NCBI RefSeq assembly: GCF_009914755.1
Contig: NC_060925.1
DNA length: 64,000 nucleotides
Direction: 5' to 3' (one strand)
Source of the DNA: the human T2T-CHM13v2.0 reference genome, Homo sapiens
A program made the position numbers and the translations under genes. Positions 56,250-64,000 of the stretch are shown here, one piece after another. Each line of letters opens with the position of its first letter. Position 1 is the stretch's first letter. The notes below the pieces were generated by a model that searched no databases, was not told where the DNA came from, and was given only the letters and a program-made list of their open reading frames with translations.

Positions 56250-57275
56250 TACAGTCAAATTGGGGTCTTCGACCTCAAAAAATACATAATGACATAATTT
56301 AGTTTCATGTAATGAAACTTTGTAAACAGAATACATACATGTGTATATGTAAAGAATTTCAATCAAATGAAACGTTATCCTATTGGATAGACTAGGCAAT
56401 TCATCAGCTCACCTGAAATCAGCCAGGAGGAGCAAGGACAAGATGCGCACAGGGTGGTTTTCCTCATGGATTTTGTCAAATAGATGATCTTTGACACGAT
56501 TAGACACTCCTCCCCACAAAGGCTTTGAAATCATAAGGATTTTCCTCATCTCTTTATAGCTTTCCCAAAATCTTTTAAAAAAGAATTTAATTAAATGACA
56601 GTCTTTTGGTTACAGACTTAGGATGAGTAAAAACAAGAAAATTTGGGGAGGGGGAGAAAGAAGAAAGGGATTGCTGTCTCCCTTGAATTCCTCTGTTCCT
56701 TAGAGCTTGTGTTACTTGGACGGAATTGCCAACACCCTTTTTTATAGAGGGTTCTCCACTTGACCTTATTAAGGTTTTATTGGGATATGCTGCAGTGTTT
56801 GAAATGAACATGCATCATGGCCCCTTCAGGAGCAGAATCATAGCTCTGAAAAGAGAAGCTCCGTTGTGTACTGAGGATATCCATCCATATTCAGCTAGCT
56901 TTCAAATGGGGTAATGATATTTTCTGCATAGATTTTCTTTTAAATTGGTTCTTTGTTTCTGAAGAAAGAATTTTTTTTAACTTCATGGTTTTATTTATAA
57001 TAATTTGTTTCTGAAGAAATTTGCCGAGAGTTACAGGTCAAAAAGCCTTGTTACTAGTACAGAATATTTTTATATATATTCCTTCATGATGGTGTAATTT
57101 TTTTTAATTGTCCTATGCTTTGTTCGGTTCCTGGGTTAAGTACTTGTTTTTAAGAGCTTGGAAAAAGTGGGCTTGCTACATCTCTGTTCAAAGAGACATT
57201 TGTTCAATCTCTGTGTGTCAACGCCTTGTTGAATTGGTGCTTTGTGGTTGCAATAAAGCATTGCTTCAGTTTATT
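56250..57275 (+). other. SAMD13: SAMD13 3' UTR (~1 kb)
   Basis: AT-rich stretch without recognisable repeats between the stop codon and AATAAA. Confidence 0.75.
57252..57257 (+). terminator. SAMD13: Polyadenylation signal AATAAA
   Basis: AATAAA followed ~20-50 nt later by a GU/U-rich element (tgtatctttgatcttttctgtttggttg). Confidence 0.8.
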
Positions 57276-59870
57276 GCCAGTGTATCTTTGATCTTTTCTG
57301 TTTGGTTGCTTCTTCAGTTGGGATTAAGGATTAAGGTCTCCTGGAAACCAGGGAAAGAAAATTAAGCATTTTTTGGGGCAAAAACTTTAGAGGTAGAAAT
57401 TATACAAATCTATGTGTGGATTTATCTTCTTTTTAAAGTGAATCATTCGAGTAGATCTCATTTCTTCTCTCATCCCCAATTTTAGGTATTATTTTAGCCA
57501 AAGATTTTTTTGTTTGCTGTAGGCCAGTGGGGGTCATGATTTTTTTGAAATTCTAATAAAAGCTATTGACTTTCTCTGCAGACAAAAGCTCACATTTCCA
57601 CATACAAAACTTGCAGAGAGTTGGTGGACTCATAATTTCCCTCTTCCTCCTCCTCAAGTTAAGAGTTCCTATTTTAGAGAATATCATAATTCAGTCCCCT
57701 GTGGAGATAATTTCTTGAAAGAACAGAAAGTCTGAAGATGACAGTGAAAAAAAACACAGGAAGTGGTATAGATAGTAGGTGGGTTTAAAAATGCATTCCA
57801 AATTAATTCAATTATAGAGCGTACGGAGTATCTGAAATTTAAGTAATGCTTTGTTTTCACTGTAACTGGGAAAAGTGGTTACAAAAGAGACTTTTTTTTA
57901 AATCTCCAAGTTCCCACAGTCTACCTAAGACAGAAAACGCAAGTAAAAGGCAAAATATGTAGTTAAGTGTTGTGAGGAGTGATGGAGACAAAAGGTGACA
58001 ACTGCAGCTGCTGGAGACCTGGATAGGAAAGAAGGGATTCCTGGATCAAGCAGAAGGAAGATGGAATGAGGATCTTGATGAAAACCTCTGTGAAGGAGTG
58101 TCCTGCTGTAAAATCTGATGATGTTTGACCCGTCTCTACCTCAAAGGGATAGTATGAGGTATTTCTGAGCCCTAACTTTTGTGCACCCACCTGATACCTT
58201 CTGTAGTCGTTTGGAATAGGTTTGGTTGTGAGTGATGGAAACTGTCTCTCCCACCCCCACCAATTAATAAACTAGATAGACACCTACTTCCCTCTCATGG
58301 AAATGTCCAGATAGGGGGACCAGAGGTGGTGTGGCCCTACATGATGGTAGGAACACAGTTTCCGCCTATGTTTTTTTTCCACCATGCATGACATCCATTC
58401 CCAGAATCATTTCATAAATAGATGCTGCTTCTTTGCCATCATCATTTGAATTCCAACCAGTGGGGAGAAGAAAGGGGAAAGGAACAGACCTTCCTTTAAG
58501 GATACTTCCAAGAAGTTGTTCATACTACTTCCTTTCATATCTTGTGGACTGGAAGTCAATCACATTACTTGAAATATTTCATGTTTTTATTGGAAACCAT
58601 GAGCCCAATCAAAACTCAAAGTTCCATTATTCTGTAGATAAAGGAAAGTGGATATTGAGGGACAACTTGCTGTTACCGATGTCAGCTGACCACTAAACAC
58701 TCATAGCAAATGACACTAAAAGGGTTTCTTTGGTGGTATTTTTCTTGAGATTTGAACTCGCGTTCAACTAAGTCAACTAAACCTCAGATTTGGACTGCTC
58801 TAGGAGTACTTGGGGGTGAGGGGAATTGAAAAGCAAACAGAAAAGTATAAAATCATCCCTCAGTCTCTGATAAGAGCTTTCAGGCAAAATTAGCAATTTA
58901 AAGATAATCTGCCTCTCCTACAGTCAGCATAAAGGCCTAGGACAGGCAGGCCTGCACACCTTGGCAATAGCTCAAGGTGATTTCATCTTCCTCTGTTTAG
59001 GGGAAAACCAATCTGATCAAAATAGGCCAAAAAGAGAGGCTGGAAGTACTTGAAATTCAGCAGGTAGGCAGCCTTTGTCTCCAGACAGCTGTAAAAACCA
59101 GAAACGTCTGATTTCTTTTCAGATCACACTGGATTTCTATTCATGTGATCTAGATCTGCAATGAGTAGCAGACACATGTGCTGTGAGGGGAAGCACTTCA
59201 TGGCTGTGATGTGCCCATAATGGTGAAGGTTTATATGAGAATTGGCTAATGTTGAATTTGATTATTCTCAACCAGAGAAGCAGACAGGATATCAGAATCA
59301 GAAGGAATTTAAGAAAGTAATTGCTACTCCCCGCCGCCCCCACATTTGAACCTCTGATTCAGACTCTGCAGAGGAGATTGATTGAATTGATTTAAAGGTG
59401 AGGTCACAAACTGGCCACTTTTCAGTGGAATCTAAGCCAACATGTTTTACTTTGGCCAATGCAGTATGTGTGTGTTTTAAAAACCACATTTACACACTTC
59501 TAGTGAGGCTGAAAACTCCAATTTGTTACTCTTCCATTCCCTAATTTCTTAAAACCAGCAACTTCACACTTAAGTTAATGGGCCTCTGAAGGCAATTGAG
59601 ACATCAGTTTTAGACACCCCCCCGCCAAACACACACCCAACCCGATCTAAAACAAAAAACAGAAAAACAGTGAGTTCATTCAGGAATTGAAAATTGCAAA
59701 TAGATTCAACTGAAAAGAAAACAAGCTAGCATATCACATTAGAATGTGCAGCAGATTTGAGCATCATTTTTTATACCTAGTGGGCCTGATGAATATGAGG
59801 AAAAAAAGGCCAATTGGTAGCAGTCTTTTCTTTCTGTCCTCAACAAATATCCTACGTGAATACAGGGTGG

Positions 59871-60187
59871 TTTTTTTGTTTGTTTGTTTTTGTTGTTGTT
59901 TGTTTGTTTGAGACGGAATCTCCCTCTGTTGCCCAGGCTGGAGTGCAGTGGCACGATCTCAGCTCACTGTAACCTCCGCCTCCCGGGTTCAAGCAATTCT
60001 CTGCCTCAGCCTCCCGAGTAGCTGGGATTACAGGCACCCGCTACCACACCCGGCTGATTTTTGTATTTTTATTAGAGACAGGGTTTTACCATGTTGGCCA
60101 GGCTGGTCTTGAATTCCTGACCTCGTGATCCACCTGCCTCGGCCTCCCAAAGTGCTGGGATTATAGGCGTGAGCCACCGCACCGGCC
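59871..60187 (-). mobile_element. AluS (Sg/Sc-like) with (TTTG)n tail
   Basis: Antisense Alu; AATACAGG TSD core. Confidence 0.95.
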
Positions 60188-61702
60188 AAATACAGGTTTT
60201 TGTCCCTCTGAGATTAGCATCTGCAGTCAGGGACACACACTGTCCTTCAGTTGCATTAGTGAAATATATCTTTGGGGGAATTTAATTTGCAAAAGTCTAA
60301 TGACCCACAGTTGCCCAGCCACTCCCATATTTGGAAGCCAAATGCAAAAAGGACTTACTGGTGGTGATTCATCTGTCTTTGACAGTCCTTGTAAATGGGA
60401 TCTGCAGGGGTCAGGTCTGGGCCCAGAGCCATTAAGTGTTTTTTGGAATGATTTGGAAGATGAAGTTAAATGTTCAAAGAGCTGACTGCTGCAGGACAGA
60501 TATGCCTCTTAGGAGAAAACTTGTTAATTCTGCTTCTAAACCAGGAACAGAAGCCACAGGAAGGAGAGAGCGAGCAATGGATGCATTAATGAACAGCTCG
60601 TTAGTTTCATGCTGTAGCTCCATGGGAAATTAAGGAGTCTGGGTACCATTTCTAGCCAGTCATGGCAGTACTATACAGCAAGAAGATTAAAATGATCGCA
60701 TCCAAGTTCATTTGGTGAGTGTGGCTGTCTTACATCTTAGAATCCCTTGGAGGTGGTGAACCCCAAGGAAGAATTGTGTCTAGCCTAGCACTGGAGCATA
60801 ATAATGGAGGATCTTGTGGCTAAAGCAAGTTGATGTCCCTGCACTTCAGTTAAGTCAGAGTGTTCCTGTCCACAACTGTCTTCAGGGAGAAATCAAGAAA
60901 GCTGGGGATGCCAGGCCATTTCCAAATAGAAACTGTGCCCCTCTTCCACAGGACAAGTACACGAGCCAAACTACCACCTTTTTTAAAGAAGTGGGAAAAG
61001 GGTAAGTAAAGGTGTAAATAATACTGAACATACTCGTTACCTGCAGAGGATGCCTCACTCAACCAGATAAAGGGAAATATGCTGCAAAATGTTTGATGTT
61101 ATTACCCAGGCACCATCCATGGGGCATCTTTGGTCAGAGGGGTTAGAGGCCTTAAGCTTCCAGCAAAGTGAGATAAAGCAACCAAGGAAAGTTTTGCTAT
61201 GAGGGCCTCCAGCTCTGTCACTGGATATCTGTGGCAAAGTTTTCCAAATTAAATGTCTTCTTTCTGAATCAAAGGCAGCAGAAGCATTCAGCAGAAGCAT
61301 TCAGCAAATTGTGTTTCATAGCCTTTTTCAATGATTACATTCTATTTTTATGTGCTGGGGAATATGTGATTTGGGAATAATACTATAGAATTCATCAGAT
61401 TATAAGCACATTTTGAGTGAAAGTCAGTAAAACTCCAAGCCACCAGCAGTTTCTGCCTATAATAATTAGTGTTTGGGATAGTATTCTGTCTGCTATACCT
61501 GAACCCAATGACACCAGTTGAGATACACAGTAGGTAGTGGGTGAAGTCACTGAGGTTGCACCAGATAGACTTGAGCTTGAATCCAGTCCCGACATTTACT
61601 TGACATGGGAACTTGGGTAAGTCCTATGGCTCCTCTTAGCCTCAGGAACTTCATCTATTCTCTAGTGCAGATGCAGAAACAGAGTGGAGCAGCACCAGCC
61701 TA

Positions 61703-61960
61703 GCAGTGCCCAAAAGAAACAGAATGTGAGCCATTTATATAAATTAAAATTTTCCAGTAGTCACATTTGGAAAGGTGACCCAGGAAAAAATAATTTAAAT
61801 AATATAATTTTAAGCCAATTTATCCAAATATTATAGTTTTAATATATAATCAATGCAAAAATTATTGATCATATATTTTATAAAATCTTTTCATTTGCCT
61901 TTGAAATCCAGTGTGTATTTCATACTTACTGCACACCTCAATTAGGACAATGTAGCTCAA
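61703..61960 (+). mobile_element. MER33-like hAT element (partial)
   Basis: aatgtgagccat...aaattttccagtagtcacattt...gaaatccagtgtgtatttcatacttac. Confidence 0.65.
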
Positions 61961-61964
61961 GTGT

Positions 61965-62340
61965 ATCATTCAGGGTTAGTTTTAGTTGATAAAAACAACA
62001 GTGACTTAAGATAGAAATTCTCTATGATGCATATGAGTTGAAGGTGAGCAGTTCAGGGATGGCAGGGCTGCTACATAATGATTGGGTCTCATTCCTCTTG
62101 TGTGGCTCCACCATCCTCAACACATAGTTCCCTATGTAGTCCAACGTGGCTGCTTGGGCTTCAGTTATCACAACTGCATTCCAGCCAAGAAAAAGAGATA
62201 AAGAAGGACACCTCATATGAGAAACTGTGCTTATCTCTTTCCCTGACATCCCTTTAACAAGAACTTAGTCATTTGGTGATACCTAGCTGTAGCGGAGGTT
62301 GGAACTGTAGTCTTTATTTCAGGAAGCCAAGTATCCAGAT
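61965..62340. mobile_element. Old MLT1 (J/K-like) LTR; similar remnants at ~48370-48690 and ~58205-58580
   Basis: aacagtgacttaag...tggctccaccatcctcaac...gaacttagtcat...cctagctg. Confidence 0.5.
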
Positions 62341-64000
62341 AAACAAGGACAGGAGGGTGGATACTTTGGAGAAGCCGGCAGTTCTTCTATAGTACCAGTC
62401 TCATAAGGTGATGGAGGACTGAATGAGAGTACACTGTACAGTTGTTTGTATTACATTAAAAGTGCATTAAAATATAGTTTTATTACTATGATCTCATTCC
62501 ATTTCAAGCTCAGTACTGTCACAGAATTAATGTATGCTGAACCTAAATACTGCTGATTGGATGCATCCTAATACCGCTAAAAAACAAAATTATTTTTATA
62601 GGTGGATGAAAATGGATATTGGGTGGTTCTAGATGCTTTGTTTTCAAAAGGCCACATAAACAAAAAAACAAAAACAAAAAAAAAAAAACAAAAAACTTGC
62701 ATCATTTAAGCTCCCTGAAAAATTGTTATGTTGAGTTAAGGGAAATGTGCTAAGCAAAATGCATATACATTTTTATTGGTCCCCAAAGACTTAGAGAAGT
62801 TGGTTTGAGGCATTGGTGAATTCCAAATGGATCCTGTCCCCAATCCAAAATGAGTGTTCAATGACATTCAAAATGGTTTTGTGAGACTAATGAAAGGGAG
62901 GTCCTGATACTGTTGTGATTTAAATGAAGGTATATGTGGGTCATAAACAAACAGAAAAAAATTTTAATAAAATTGAAAAAACCTGAGTGGAGCTGCATTC
63001 ATTAATTTGAGCCAATTAGGTTGACACTAGTCTGCTAAATTGTCTATTTGGGCAAATTTCTATTAAGAATTTTTAATACTAAGGTGACTTCTTGCCACCA
63101 GAATGTCTACAGGTTATTAATCAGCCTTCCGTATGGTGTGTATACAGAATGCAAAGTAAGTTAACATTGGCCTAATCCACACATAGTTAAAAAGGAAAAC
63201 TGTGGAGCTATGCATCCACAGTGGTGGATGCAGGGAATCCTGGACTAGGGGTCAGAAGACCTGGGTTCTGGTCCCAGATCTCCCGTTAACATATCCACAA
63301 GACTTTGTACAAGTCTTAACCTCTCTTGCTTCAGTTGCTACTAAAATAAACATGTCCAATTAGAGGTTTATTTCAGCACTCAATTTCTATGATTTTCTAA
63401 AAATGCAATGATCTGAGTTATATGTGTCACTGGCCCCCTCCACCATTCAATTAAAACTCACAGCACTGTCACATTCTACAACGTCATTTCCCTTTCATAA
63501 ATGTTCTAAAGTTTTGGTCTGATTATGGTTCTCTCTGTGAAGTAAGCTGGAACAGCTGTTTTATCTTGAGAATTGTCAAGTTGGCTGATTGCATAACCCT
63601 ATAGCTTTAAGTTTAAATCACTCTCACTGTGTTCCATGGTAGAAGCATCCCCCAGGAATATGCCCTCTACACAATCAGATCTTAGAGTTCAGGGGGTAGG
63701 GGAAGCACAGATTTCCTTGGTAGATCACTGGGAGTGATAGCAAGTGGGACCATTCTTATTTCTACATCTTGGTTACCAGATCCACATGTTCTACCTATTG
63801 GGGACATAACACAATACAAGAGCCAAGTATTTAGGGAATGCACTGCATCCTGGAGGACAGTAACCCATCATCACAGGGTATTATCTCCAAGCTGACATCT
63901 CAGTTGTGCCTTTAAGAGATTATTCCATCGCTCTCTCAGGCCAGCAGCTTTGGGATAGTAAAGTATGTGATAGGACTATATGATCACTTACAGCTTGCCT

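Noticed and set aside
57300-64000. Exons of the neighbouring UOX pseudogene
   Set aside because: No uricase-like translation was recognised; from memory that locus starts beyond this window.

Overview
Human (primate) genomic DNA containing the complete SAMD13 gene on the + strand. It has a CpG-island promoter at ~4.85-5.75 kb, several alternative 5' exons (donors after 5031, 5580, 6108, 8269), coding exons 9670-9754, 32105-32216 and 56106-56249, and an AATAAA signal at 57252. It encodes a small protein consisting almost entirely of a SAM domain (102, 116 or 122 aa depending on the 5' exon). The introns are mostly transposable elements (L1, L2, MIR, Alu, MaLR/ERVL LTRs, Tigger1, Charlie/MER), with several nested insertions, some confirmed by target-site duplications (TSDs). 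The most interesting feature is an intronless DNAJB6/7/8-family (Hsp40, HPD motif) retrocopy in the last intron (51153-51810, same strand). It is strongly diverged yet shows only two obvious lesions (+1 insertion at ~51303, TGA at 51337). It also has promoter-like motifs, a strong Kozak ATG, and a splice donor that could join it to SAMD13's terminal exon. It looks like a long-functional nested retrogene that was recently disabled. There are no CRISPR arrays, rRNA or tRNA genes. Repeat subfamily names come from recall of consensus sequences, and their boundaries are approximate unless a TSD is quoted.
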